Shown piece by piece: positions 33,374-47,500 of a DNA stretch of 64,000 nucleotides. Source of the DNA: Escherichia coli (lineage in GTDB: Bacteria; Pseudomonadota; Gammaproteobacteria; Enterobacterales; Enterobacteriaceae). The stretch's first letter is position 1, and each line of letters opens with the position of its first letter. The notes beneath the pieces are model-generated. The model ran no database searches, was not told the DNA's origin, and saw only the letters and a list, made by a program, of their open reading frames with translations. The translations under genes and the position numbers were made by a program. The DNA lies in the NCBI RefSeq assembly GCF_016903815.1, contig NZ_CP069973.1. One strand, 5' to 3'.

Positions 33374-34042
33374 CTATTTCACGGGAATGAACTTATCACC
33401 CTGCCAAAGTGCAACCCGTCCTTTGTTATCCGCCGTGTCCACGCGGGTAAAACGACGCGACTTGCCCGGCATCAGGTAGTAATTCTCTTTACACTCCTTA
33501 CCATTGGCGGCTTTCAGGCAGGGGCCGTAGGCGAGGATCCGCAGCGTCGCATTTCCTGTATTTGTCAGGGAGCCGTTGGCGTACTGAAAGCGGTAGTTCG
33601 CCTGGCGGGGGGCGACGACCAGAATGGTGCCGATGCGGGCGGAAGCAGTGGCTACAGCGCTGCGGTTGGCATTATCGCGCTGCGCATCACTGAGGGCCTG
33701 ATCGAACCAGACAATGCGGTAGTAGCGCTCTTTTTCATCTGCTGGTCCCTTATAGAAGAAGCGGATCACTTCGCTGGCTTGGGCGGGTAGCAGCAAGCTA
33801 GCGGGAGTGAGTAGCAACTCATCCGGCTTGTCCATTGCGATAACCTGCCCGTCGTCAAGCGGTGAAGAGAGCCGTTCGAGACGGATATTGATGAGGCGGC
33901 CACTGTCGGTACTGTTTTGGATCGTTTTGCTCAGCGTGCTGCTGTCACTGTTCATAAACGATGATATATCGCCGACATCCAGCGCCTGGGCCGGAGATAT
34001 TCCGGAAAACAGCAGAGCGAGAGGCAGAAGGTGCTTTTTCAT
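33374..34042 (-). CDS. ecpB: E. coli common pilus chaperone EcpB
   Basis: 222-aa ORF with signal peptide. Confidence 0.85.
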   Translation of the reverse strand: MKKHLLPLALLFSGISPAQALDVGDISSFMNSDSSTLSKTIQNSTDSGRLINIRLERLSSPLDDGQVIAMDKPDELLLTPASLLLPAQASEVIRFFYKGPADEKERYYRIVWFDQALSDAQRDNANRSAVATASARIGTILVVAPRQANYRFQYANGSLTNTGNATLRILAYGPCLKAANGKECKENYYLMPGKSRRFTRVDTADNKGRVALWQGDKFIPVK

Positions 34043-34099
34043 AACAATTCCGTCCAGGAATAAAGCAGGGGGGCTACCCCTGCTGGTACATCAGAGAGA

Positions 34100-34687
34100 T
34101 TAACTGGTCCAGGTCGCGTCGAACTGTACGCTAACGTCGCCGCTCCAGATGCCTTCCGGTAGAGTGCTGTAATCGGTTACTGCGGTGGTACCATTGGTGG
34201 TGCCGCTGATGATGGAGAAAGTGAAACCATCCTGTGCGGTGGTACGATTGCTGGCATTGTAACCGTTAGCCAGTGGGCTAAGGTTGCCGCCCAGTACGCC
34301 GTTGGCGGTATCGATCATCACGGTATCGCCAGTTTTTTCGACTGCCGCGCCGTTATAATCCACGCCCACATTCAGTGTGGAACCTGAGGTATCCAACTGG
34401 GTTAAGGTGTTGGTGATAAGACGTGAGGTCAGTTTAAAGGCGGTAGCCGTTGAGTCACCCTCGATAGCCACGTCAAATAGACCTTTCTGTGAGTTAAAAC
34501 CTTTAATGCCTTCGGCATACTGGAACGCCAGGCTACCGAGTGGCGTCACAACCAGCTTACTGGTGGTGTCTTTTTTGGCTGTTGCTGACCAGGTCGCTAC
34601 AGCCTGAGCTGTTACGTCAGCAGCCTGCGCCACACCTGTACCGGTAAACACCGTTACCAGAGCTATTGCCAGAACCTTTTTTTTCAT
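34100..34687 (-). CDS. ecpA: E. coli common pilus major subunit EcpA (MatB)
   Basis: 195-aa ORF with signal peptide [22 protein letters not shown]. Confidence 0.9.
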   Translation of the reverse strand: MKKKVLAIALVTVFTGTGVAQAADVTAQAVATWSATAKKDTTSKLVVTPLGSLAFQYAEGIKGFNSQKGLFDVAIEGDSTATAFKLTSRLITNTLTQLDTSGSTLNVGVDYNGAAVEKTGDTVMIDTANGVLGGNLSPLANGYNASNRTTAQDGFTFSIISGTTNGTTAVTDYSTLPEGIWSGDVSVQFDATWTS

Positions 34688-34761
34688 TGCTTTTCTTCCC
34701 GAGTTGAATTGAGGACGTGATGTCCCTGTGAGTCATTTTTTAAAACTAACTTGCCTGGAGT

Positions 34762-35373
<612 letters not shown>

Positions 35374-35756
35374 TTACAGGTACATTCAGTTTCTTTAGTA
35401 AATCGGAAGTAAATAAGATACGTAGCACATATCAATATAGGTTAAACGAGATTAAGTTTTAATTATTTCGATTAGGTTTAAATTTATGTTTTTTTCCTGA
35501 TGAGTGTCAATATGTGAACAGAAAAGGAATTCCATGGTTAAGTCAATATTTACAAAAAATGAAAATATTGCTTTTTTGATAAGAAGAAAAAGACATTCAG
35601 TTTCATAAGGTTATTGGCAATATAACGTTCAATTCTTACTTGCATTTTATATTAGCCAGGAACTTTGCCCTGAGGTGTTAGGAATAGTCTTAATGTGTTG
35701 TGTAATGGACTAGTAAAAAAACAAGTTTAAATGATAAGAAATAGAATATAAAACTA

Positions 35757-35981
35757 TCATGAGTTATAATTAAAGATGATTTTCCAATCAGTAAGGTGTT
35801 TTAATGGATTAACATGCCGCACAAAATGGTTATGGGTGTTCATCCCAATAAGTGATGAAAAATTAAACAGGTGTAAGTACGTCATCTGTCCGGTAAGCCC
35901 CCTAAGAGCCAAATTAAGTGAAGTTAAACGAAGACTGCCAGTTGTCACAGGAACGATGGCCTCTTTGCCAGGGCACTGCAT
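35757..35981 (-). CDS. ykgL: Small hypothetical protein (possible YkgL)
   Basis: 74-aa ORF in the AT-rich region between ecpR and ykgO; called only from position and length. Confidence 0.3.
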   Translation of the reverse strand: MQCPGKEAIVPVTTGSLRLTSLNLALRGLTGQMTYLHLFNFSSLIGMNTHNHFVRHVNPLKHLTDWKIIFNYNS

Positions 35982-36387
35982 TCAGTCATCTGTGCGCGTT
36001 ACTCTAACTGGCACTCGAACGTCGGCGATGGGGTTACCGGTGGATCAGGCCGTTCCTGTGGCGTAAACGTTTTTATGTCAGTACCAACAGATTTACCACA
36101 TTTATCATCTTAACCGTTTGAGTGTAAATGCAGGCTGCGTCGCAAAGGGAGGAAACTGAGTGGCGTGTTCAGTCTAAAAGAGAGTTGATGCCAGCATACA
36201 GGGCGCACCTGGTCAACAAGTCAACATTAATATAATGGAATATTCGGAGAGAAACGTCAGGCAGTTGACCTTAAATGAACAGGAAGATACATCCCCAGGA
36301 AAATTAATGCTGGTGTAATAAATACACCAACATTAATCCGGTCTGATTATTAATCAGACAAATATCGTTAATTCGTCGAATTTTGAA

Positions 36388-36528
36388 TCAACGTTTTTTC
36401 TTACGACCCTGAACGGCCTTAAAACGTGGATTAGATTTACAAATCACATATAGCCGTCCTTTTCGCTTCACAATCTGACAGTCTGGATGGCGTTCTTTTG
36501 CGGTACGCAGAGAGTTAAGGACTTTCAT
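36388..36528 (-). CDS. ykgO: 50S ribosomal protein L36 paralogue (zinc-independent, type B)
   Basis: 46-aa [46 protein letters not shown]; start overlaps the ykgM stop (ATGA arrangement). Confidence 0.85.
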   Translation of the reverse strand: MKVLNSLRTAKERHPDCQIVKRKGRLYVICKSNPRFKAVQGRKKKR

Positions 36529-36791
36529 CATGCCCCCTTTTTCGTGCTAACAAAACGACCAAAACGTTGGGTGAATCGTGCAACATTTCCTTCTGATGCC
36601 ACTGTTCTCAGCTTCCCTGTATAGAACGGGTGCGATTTAGAAGAGACATCAATTGTCACGTACGGATACGTTACGCCATCCAGCTCAATCTCACGGTCTG
36701 TTTTGATAGTCGAGCCGATTTTAAAGTACTCATCAACACTGGTGTCGTGGAACACCACAGTACGATACTCAGGATGGATATTGGGCTTCAT
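36528..36791 (-). CDS. ykgM: 50S ribosomal protein L31 paralogue (zinc-independent, type B)
   Basis: 87-aa [18 protein letters not shown]…; Zur-box palindrome in its promoter. Confidence 0.85.
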
Positions 36792-36802
36792 CATTTTTAC
36801 CT

Positions 36803-36820
36803 GTTATGTTATAACATAAC
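36803..36820. promoter_or_regulatory. Zur box upstream of ykgM-ykgO
   Basis: Perfect 18-bp palindrome GTTATGTTATAACATAAC, 12 bp upstream of the ykgM start; matches the TGTTATA…TATAACA Zur core. Confidence 0.7.
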
Positions 36821-37103
36821 CATAAAGATACATGCTCATCCGGATCATTTCAACACCCAATCCCTGTGACCATTTGTGGTATGTGGAATTTCGGCAACGG
36901 GGAAGTCTGGCATTGTTAGCAGCCATTGGCGACGCTCCCATAAACGCCTTGATGAGTGATGGTTTCGCTGAGAGTATGAATTTTTCGAGAATGGAGGCTA
37001 TCTCCATTTTACTGGCCGATGATTTATCGCAGTTTGATTGCCGGACAGCGTGTATTCCTCTCCCACGGATATAATAATTACTTACAAAAAAGGGAGAGGA
37101 TGC

Positions 37104-37214
37104 ATATTTTTTAATATCACTGAAGTGAACAGTTTATTGCCGTTATTAATAGAAATGGAGAAATAAATAGGCGTATTCTACAATTGCGACAAAAACAACG
37201 ATATTAATCAGTTT
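37104..37214. repeat. Dispersed ~110-bp repeat, copy B
   Basis: About 88% identical by eye to 17822-17933. Confidence 0.75.
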
Positions 37215-37719
37215 ATGACTGATTTGTTGTACTTTATTCTCTTTCATTGGTACTTCCTCGCTTTAAAAAAGAGTGCACTTCGTAAGTGCCCTTATATAAA
37301 TAACGAGTTTGGTCAACCAATTTTTTGACATGTATCACAAATTTGAATAGATGTATTACATCGGCTATCTTTTATTGCCCCAACGTCATTGATATATGTC
37401 GCCTGAAGTCAGTCCGGGAATGAGTCTGATCTCAAAACTGGCCCAGCCCGGGCGTTGATTGGCGCTGAGGAGCATATCGCATCTCATCATAATGTCGTAT
37501 CTCCTGGGGTGTTATACAAGATATCGTTGTTGGTGACCTGGGAGAGGAATTGAGTTCTATTAAACCGTCAACTATGCCGGATACATACTGGATTACACAG
37601 CAGGCACGCCTTACGAGAGAACGTGCCGCAGTGACGAGTTAATTATCTGAAAGAATTTGCGAGGCTGTATCGGTTACTCATTGGTTTAATAGTTTTACTC
37701 TCGGGAGAGTAATAGATAT

Positions 37720-38862
37720 TTAATCCATTAACGGAAACCAGCCAGTTCCTTTCGATGCCTGAATTTGATCCCATAGTTTATCCGGAATGGTTAATTCAGG
37801 AACAAGTTGTGGATTAAGGGTTGTTTGAATTTCATGGCTTCTACCTGATTCAGCTAAAGTCACCCATTCTGGATTTATCACCAGCCCTTTACCGATCGCA
37901 ACAAGTGGCAGGCCAGCGGAAATTGCTTCTTGAGCCTGAGACGGTGTGCGTATTTTACCTGCAGCGATTACCGGCACTCTGCCTGCAATATGATTTAAAA
38001 TCAATTCAATAGTTCGGGGGCCATTTGGCGACTCAACAGGGTAGCTATCGTTAATACTGACCAGCGAGGTATGTATATACGAAATACCGGATGAAATGAG
38101 TCGATCAAGGAGTTTATAAGTATCCTCTATCCGCAGCCCCCCTGTTACAGATTCTTCAGGAGATATTCTGTAACCGATAGCAAAGCGCTTTGTCGCATAT
38201 TCATAGACTACATTTTTTACTTCCTGTAATACGGCCAGCGGGAAGCGCATACGTCCTTCAAGATCTCCTCCCCATCGGTCATTACGCTGGTTAAATAGAG
38301 GGGAGAAGAAATTCTGCAGAAGGAATCCGTGCGCACCATGAAGTTCAACGCCATCAAAACCTGCTTTAATCGCCCTTTTTGTGACATCTCCGAATGCTCT
38401 AATGGTTTCCTGAATTTCGTTTTCAGTCATTTCCCTGCTTTGTACCACTCTCTTCATAAAGTCACCAGATTTTACGCTTGATGCGCTGGCACTAATAACA
38501 TCGTTATTTGGCACAAGCTCCGGGATGGCTTTATTACCAGCGTGGAAAATCTGCAAAATAGCCGGAGCACCGCCACTTTTGGCTGCAGCTGCTAACTTTT
38601 CAAGGCTGTTAATGAAACGGTCGTCATACGCGGCAAATTCATGAGTAAACCCAATGCCGCTTGGCGTGACATAGGTGCATCCTGTTATTACTAAACCAAC
38701 ATTTTGTGAGCGACGTTTATAAAATTCGAGTTCTTGCTCAGAGATGGTTCCATCAGGATTAGCTGACCAGGTTGTCATAGGAGCCATAACGATACGATTA
38801 CGTAGCTTTATTTTTTCTGTCAGCATAAAAGGAGAAAACAATGATGGGTGTTTATTTGTCAT
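37720..38862 (-). CDS. Old-Yellow-Enzyme family NADH:flavin oxidoreductase
   Basis: 380-aa ORF; N-terminus …LFSPFMLTEKIKLRNRIVMAPMTT… is a typical OYE TIM-barrel start. Confidence 0.8.
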   Translation of the reverse strand: MTNKHPSLFSPFMLTEKIKLRNRIVMAPMTTWSANPDGTISEQELEFYKRRSQNVGLVITGCTYVTPSGIGFTHEFAAYDDRFINSLEKLAAAAKSGGAPAILQIFHAGNKAIPELVPNNDVISASASSVKSGDFMKRVVQSREMTENEIQETIRAFGDVTKRAIKAGFDGVELHGAHGFLLQNFFSPLFNQRNDRWGGDLEGRMRFPLAVLQEVKNVVYEYATKRFAIGYRISPEESVTGGLRIEDTYKLLDRLISSGISYIHTSLVSINDSYPVESPNGPRTIELILNHIAGRVPVIAAGKIRTPSQAQEAISAGLPLVAIGKGLVINPEWVTLAESGRSHEIQTTLNPQLVPELTIPDKLWDQIQASKGTGWFPLMD

Positions 38863-39035
38863 AACAATACCTCAAATGTTTATCTGATTTTAATGCGTAT
38901 AATCTTAATAAGTTGAGTTGCTACTTTTTGATGCTTTTTTTCCTTTAATAGAATTCTTTTTGAGTAATTTTATTATTGTTGTGTAGTCAATAAAGGATAA
39001 ATGTCAGGGAGATAAGGAATCTCCCTGTAAGATTA

Positions 39036-39956
39036 TTACAAATGTGTTTTATAAAAAGGAATTAATTTTTCGAGTGCCTGTTTCACAGGTTCTGGCTTAT
39101 CATACAGGTCGTAATGTGAATAACCTTCAACCACGACCAGCTCTTTATGTTTTGAGGCAGCGCGGCCAATAATTTCGCAGCCGTCACGGTAGGCACCAAA
39201 TGCGCCCACTCTATCGCCCACCACAACCATTATTGGTTGAGTTAACAGGACTTCTGCAAGATGAAATGCATCCCAACCCACGGCAACAGTCTGATGTGAG
39301 AATAGCGAACGATTTACCCCATTAGGTGCACAGCCTCGTGGCGAACGATAATATTCTGTGGCTTCAAAAAGGTCTATTTCTGTTAATCCCGCTTCAAGAG
39401 CTGCATCCGGAGAAGAGGGGAGTAAATCATCTACGCGAAGTTTTGCGCCGTTAGCTTCGTCTGTTCTTTGTTGCGCCATCGCTTCGAGTGCTCCGATAGG
39501 ATTAAACGCTGTAAATCCCTCACGCATAAGACGCCCGTAGTTTGCACCCGTGACAGTACCAATAGCTTTAATTCGACGTTCTGTCATTGCGGCATTAATG
39601 GCATATCCACCTCCACCACAAATACCCAGTACACCAATACGCCCGGCATCAACGTAAGGTAAGGTGGTAAGGTAATCAACGACAATGCTGAAGTCTTTTA
39701 CTCGCATTGTTGGATCTTCCAGATAACGCGGTTCTCCACCGCTGCTTCCCTGAAAACTGGCATCAAAAGCAATGACGATAAAGCCAGCTTTTGCCAGGGC
39801 GGCACCATACACACTACCCGATGTCTGTTCTTTGCAGCTTCCAATTGGATGGGCGCTGATAATGGCAGGATACTTTTTTTCACTATTAAAATCGTCAGGG
39901 AAATAGATATCAGCAGCTATATCCCAGTAAGTATGTTTTATCGAAACAGTTTTCAT
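39036..39956 (-). CDS. Alpha/beta hydrolase (dienelactone-hydrolase-like, Cys nucleophile elbow)
   Basis: 306-aa ORF; GICGGGG elbow; paralogue of the ORF at 19214-20350. Confidence 0.75.
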   Translation of the reverse strand: MKTVSIKHTYWDIAADIYFPDDFNSEKKYPAIISAHPIGSCKEQTSGSVYGAALAKAGFIVIAFDASFQGSSGGEPRYLEDPTMRVKDFSIVVDYLTTLPYVDAGRIGVLGICGGGGYAINAAMTERRIKAIGTVTGANYGRLMREGFTAFNPIGALEAMAQQRTDEANGAKLRVDDLLPSSPDAALEAGLTEIDLFEATEYYRSPRGCAPNGVNRSLFSHQTVAVGWDAFHLAEVLLTQPIMVVVGDRVGAFGAYRDGCEIIGRAASKHKELVVVEGYSHYDLYDKPEPVKQALEKLIPFYKTHL

Positions 39957-40112
39957 TTCAAGCTCCGGGGATTTGCCTAAACAGATTTAAATATCATTTC
40001 TATTATCCGCAACTGGCATTCGTGTTCATATCGAGAACGGCGTAATAGTATGACTTGTATTGGTTATCATCAATGGTCTAATATCTATCACAGTGTTAAG
40101 TTAAGGTTTACA

Positions 40113-41039
40113 ATGATGAAAATAGAGCCTTCAATTTTGCCTTCTCTTGCCTGGTTTGCGCTTATTGTTCGTGCCGGCAGTTTTTCCAGAGCCGCTTCTG
40201 AAATGGGTATTACGCGGGCCGCATTGTCCCAGAATTTAAAATCTCTTGAGGAACGTCTTAACACCAAGCTGATATACCGTACGACCCGCAATATGTCGCT
40301 TACTGAGGAAGGACAGCGTCTGTATGAAGTGCTGGTGTCGGCTTTGGGGCAAATTGATGATGCTTTGAAAGATGTTGGTGATACCCAACTTGAACCTACA
40401 GGCCTGTTGAGAATAAATTCCTCCCGTGTTGCAGCACGGATGCTTGTTGAGCCTCATATTGGCGAGTTTCTTACTCGTTACCCCAAAACAAAGATAGAAC
40501 TCATTATGGATGACGGTTTATCTAACATTATTGCGGACGGCTGTGATGTGGGCATACGTCTTGAGCAAGGACTGGATGAGCATATGACTGCCGTTCCTGT
40601 TTCTCCGCTTATTAAACTGGTTACTGTGGCATCGCCAGATTATTTAAAAGAACACGGTATTCCTGAAACGCCTCAGGAACTGAGTAACCATAATTGCCTT
40701 CGGTTGCGGCATAAAAGTAGCGGTGCACTCTCTGCATGGGAGTTTTCTAATGTTGTGGGGGGTAATGAAGAGTTCGAAATAGAGGTTTCAGGTAAGTATA
40801 TTTCTAATGATGACGAAAGCATGATACGAATGGCGCTGAATGGAACGGGTATCATTCAACATCTGGATTTTGCAATCGCTGAACATATCAATGCGGGCAA
40901 GTTACAGCCGATTCTTGAGGATTGGGCCGTTTCATTTCCTGGATTTTATATATATGTTTCATCACGGGTGAGAATGCCCTCTAAAGTTCGTGCTTTTATT
41001 GATTTTATGGTGGAGAAAAGAGTAAAAATAGAAAGTTAA
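40113..41039 (+). CDS. LysR-family transcriptional regulator
   Basis: Start set at MMKIEPS…; LysR HTH (FSRAASEMGITRAALSQ); divergent from the hydrolase gene. Confidence 0.8.
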   Translation: MMKIEPSILPSLAWFALIVRAGSFSRAASEMGITRAALSQNLKSLEERLNTKLIYRTTRNMSLTEEGQRLYEVLVSALGQIDDALKDVGDTQLEPTGLLRINSSRVAARMLVEPHIGEFLTRYPKTKIELIMDDGLSNIIADGCDVGIRLEQGLDEHMTAVPVSPLIKLVTVASPDYLKEHGIPETPQELSNHNCLRLRHKSSGALSAWEFSNVVGGNEEFEIEVSGKYISNDDESMIRMALNGTGIIQHLDFAIAEHINAGKLQPILEDWAVSFPGFYIYVSSRVRMPSKVRAFIDFMVEKRVKIES

Positions 41040-41121
41040 TGATGTGTGTCAGAATATCGGTAAGAAGAATGGCGCAATCGTGAGGATACGTTTATTCATA
41101 ATAAATCTCCTGAAAGTTTAG

Positions 41122-44045
<2,924 letters not shown>

Positions 44046-44595
44046 TTATCGTTCATGAGAAGCATAACGTAAAGGGAAAAGCTCGATTAGACGGCAGGAT
44101 TTGTCAGGGGGTATGAACAAAATTCATAAATCTGTTTGAGGGTTGAGATTAGTCGTGCAAGTTCGATATCCCCGGAATTTACAGTCCGATGAATATAAAT
44201 GAATGTCCATAAAAAATATATTGGTTTATCCTGGCGTATATACTCACTTCGACGTACTCCCAATAGCAGTTAATTAAAGACGGGTCATTATTATTCACTC
44301 TTAATAATGAATTATTCACTGCCCGCAGAGTAAGAAATATAACTTAAGTATCTATTTAATAACTTGCACAAAAAGCTAAATTTTTACCCATAAATAAAAA
44401 TATAATCCCGCGCCCAACCACCTGATGAGTGGCTACAGACACTGGATATATTAGGTGGCGGTGTACTTTCTTACATAAAGGTATTTCCTTTTCTGCGGAA
44501 AAGGAAACCGGGAAATCCCCGGTTTTTCTGACAAGCAGACGCCATTATTTGTGTCTGCCTATGTTCGTTAATTCGTTCATCAGGAAATTATCTCA

Positions 44596-47500
44596 ATGTC
44601 ACGTTATAAAACAGGTCATAAACAACCACGATTTCGTTATTCAGTTCTGGCCCGCTGCGTGGCGTGGGCAAATATCTCTGTTCAGGTTCTTTTTCCACTC
44701 GCTGTCACCTTTACGCCAGTAATGGCAGCACGTGCGCAGCATACGGTTCAGCCACGTTTGAGCATGGAAAATACCACAGTAGCTGCTGATAATAATGTGG
44801 AGAAAAATGTCGCGTCGTTTGCCGCAAATGCCGGGACATTTTTAAGCAGTCAGCCAGATAGCGATGCGACACGTAACTTTATTACCGGAATGGCCACAGC
44901 TAAAGCTAACCAGGAAATACAGGAGTGGCTCGGGAAATATGGTACTGCGCGCGTCAAACTGAATGTCGATAAAGAATTCTCGCTGAAGGATTCTTCGCTG
45001 GAAATGCTTTATCCGATTTATGATACGCCGACAAATATGTTGTTCACTCAGGGAGCAATACATCGTACCGACGATCGTACTCAGTCAAATATTGGTTTTG
45101 GCTGGCGTCATTTTTCAGGAAATGACTGGATGGCGGGGGTGAACACCTTTATCGACCATGATTTATCCCGTAGTCATACCCGCATTGGTGTTGGTGCGGA
45201 ATACTGGCGTGATTATTTGAAATTGAGCGCCAATGGTTATATCCGGGCTTCTGGCTGGAAAAAATCGCCGGATGTTGAGGATTATCAGGAACGCCCGGCG
45301 AATGGCTGGGATATTCGTGCTGAGGGCTATTTACCCGCCTGGCCGCAGCTTGGCGCAAGCCTGATGTATGAGCAGTATTATGGCGATGAAGTCGGGCTGT
45401 TTGGCAAAGATAAACGCCAGAAAGATCCACATGCGATTACCGCTGAAGTGAATTACACGCCAGTGCCTCTTCTGACCCTGAGTGCCGGGCATAAGCAGGG
45501 CAAGAGTGGTGAGAATGACACTCGCTTTGGCTTGGAAGTTAATTATCGGATTGGCGAACCTCTGCAAAAACAACTCGATACAGACAGCATTCGCGAGCGT
45601 CGAATGCTGGCAGGCAGCCGCTATGACCTGGTTGAGCGTAATAACAACATCGTTCTTGAGTACCGCAAATCTGAAGTGATCCGTATTGCTCTGCCTGAGC
45701 GTATTGAAGGTAAGGGCGGTCAGACGGTTTCCCTGGGGCTTGTGGTCAGCAAAGCAACACACGGACTGAAAAATGTGCAGTGGGAAGCGCCGTCATTACT
45801 GGCTGAAGGTGGCAAAATTACCGGTCAGGGTAGTCAGTGGCAAGTAACGCTCCCGGCTTATCGTCCAGGCAAAGACAATTATTATGCGATTTCAGCAGTT
45901 GCCTACGATAACAAAGGCAATGCCTCGAAACGTGTGCAGACAGAAGTGGTTATTACCGGAGCTGGTATGAGCGCCGATCGCACGGCGTTAACGCTTGACG
46001 GTCAGAGCCGTATTCAAATGCTTGCTAACGGTAATGAGCAAAAGCCGCTGGTGCTGTCTCTGCGCGACGCCGAGGGTCAGCCAGTCACGGGCATGAAGGA
46101 GCAGATCAAGACTGAACTAACCTTCAAACCGGCTGGAAATATTGTGACTCGTACCCTGAAGGCCACTAAATCACAGGCACAGCCCACACTGGGTGAGTTC
46201 ACCGAAACTGAAGCAGGGGTGTACCAGTCTGTCTTTACGACCGGAACGCAGTCAGGTGAGGCAACGATTACTGTTAGCGTTGATGGCATGAGCAAAACCG
46301 TCACTGCAGAACTGCGGGCCACGATGATGGATGTGGCAAACTCCACCCTGAGCGCTAACGAGCCGTCAGGTGACGTGGTTGCTGATGGTCAGCAAGCCTA
46401 CACGCTGACGCTGACTGCGGTGGACTCCGAGGGTAATCCGGTGACGGGAGAAGCCAGCCGCCTGCGACTTGTTCCGCAAGACACTAATGGTGTTACCGTT
46501 GGTGCCATTTCGGAAATAAAACCAGGGGTTTACAGCGCCACGGTTTCTTCGACCCGTGCCGGAAACGTTGTTGTGCGCGCCTTCAGCGAGCAGTATCAGC
46601 TGGGCACATTACAACAAACGCTGAAGTTTGTTGCCGGGCCGCTTGATGCAGCACATTCGTCCATCACCCTGAATCCTGATAAACCGGTGGTCGGCGGTAC
46701 GCTTACGGCAATCTGGTCGACAAAAGATGCCAATGACAACCCTGTGACCAGCCTCACGCCGGAAGCGCCGTCATTAGCGGGTGCCGCTGCTGTTGGTTCT
46801 ACGGCATCTGGCTGGACAAATAATGGTGATGGGACGTGGACTGCGCAGATTACTCTCGGCTCTACGGCGGGTGAATTAGAAGTTATGCCGAAGCTAAATG
46901 GACAGGATGCGGCAGCAAATGCGGCAAAAGTAACCGTGGTGGCTGATGCGTTATCTTCAAACCAGTCGAAAGTCTCTGTCGCGGAAGATCACGTAAAAGC
47001 CGGCGAAAGCACAACCGTGACGTTGGTGGCGAAAGATGCACATGGCAACGCTATCAGTGGTCTTTCGTTGTCGGCAAGTTTGACGGGGACCGCCTCTGAA
47101 GGGGCGACCGTTTCCAGTTGGACCGAAAAAGGTGACGGTTCCTATGTTGCTACGTTAACTACAGGCGGAAAGACGGGCGAGCTTCGTGTCATGCCGCTCT
47201 TCAACGGCCAGCCAGCAGCCACCGAAGCCGCGCAGCTGACTGTTATTGCCGGAGAGATGTCATCAGCGAATTCTACGCTTGTTGCGGACAATAAAACTCC
47301 AACGGTTAAAACGACGACGGAACTCACCTTCACCGTGAAGGATGCGTACGGGAATCCGGTCACCGGGCTGAAGCCAGATGCACCAGTGTTTAGCGGTGCC
47401 GCCAGCACGGGGAGTGAGCGTCCTTCAGCAGGAAACTGGACAGAGAAAGGTAATGGGGTCTACGTGTCGACCTTAACGCTGGGATCTGCCGCGGGTCAGT

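Noticed and set aside
36832-37074. 80-aa plus-strand ORF downstream of the Zur box
   Set aside because: No recognisable family or RBS; any small-protein call here would be speculation.
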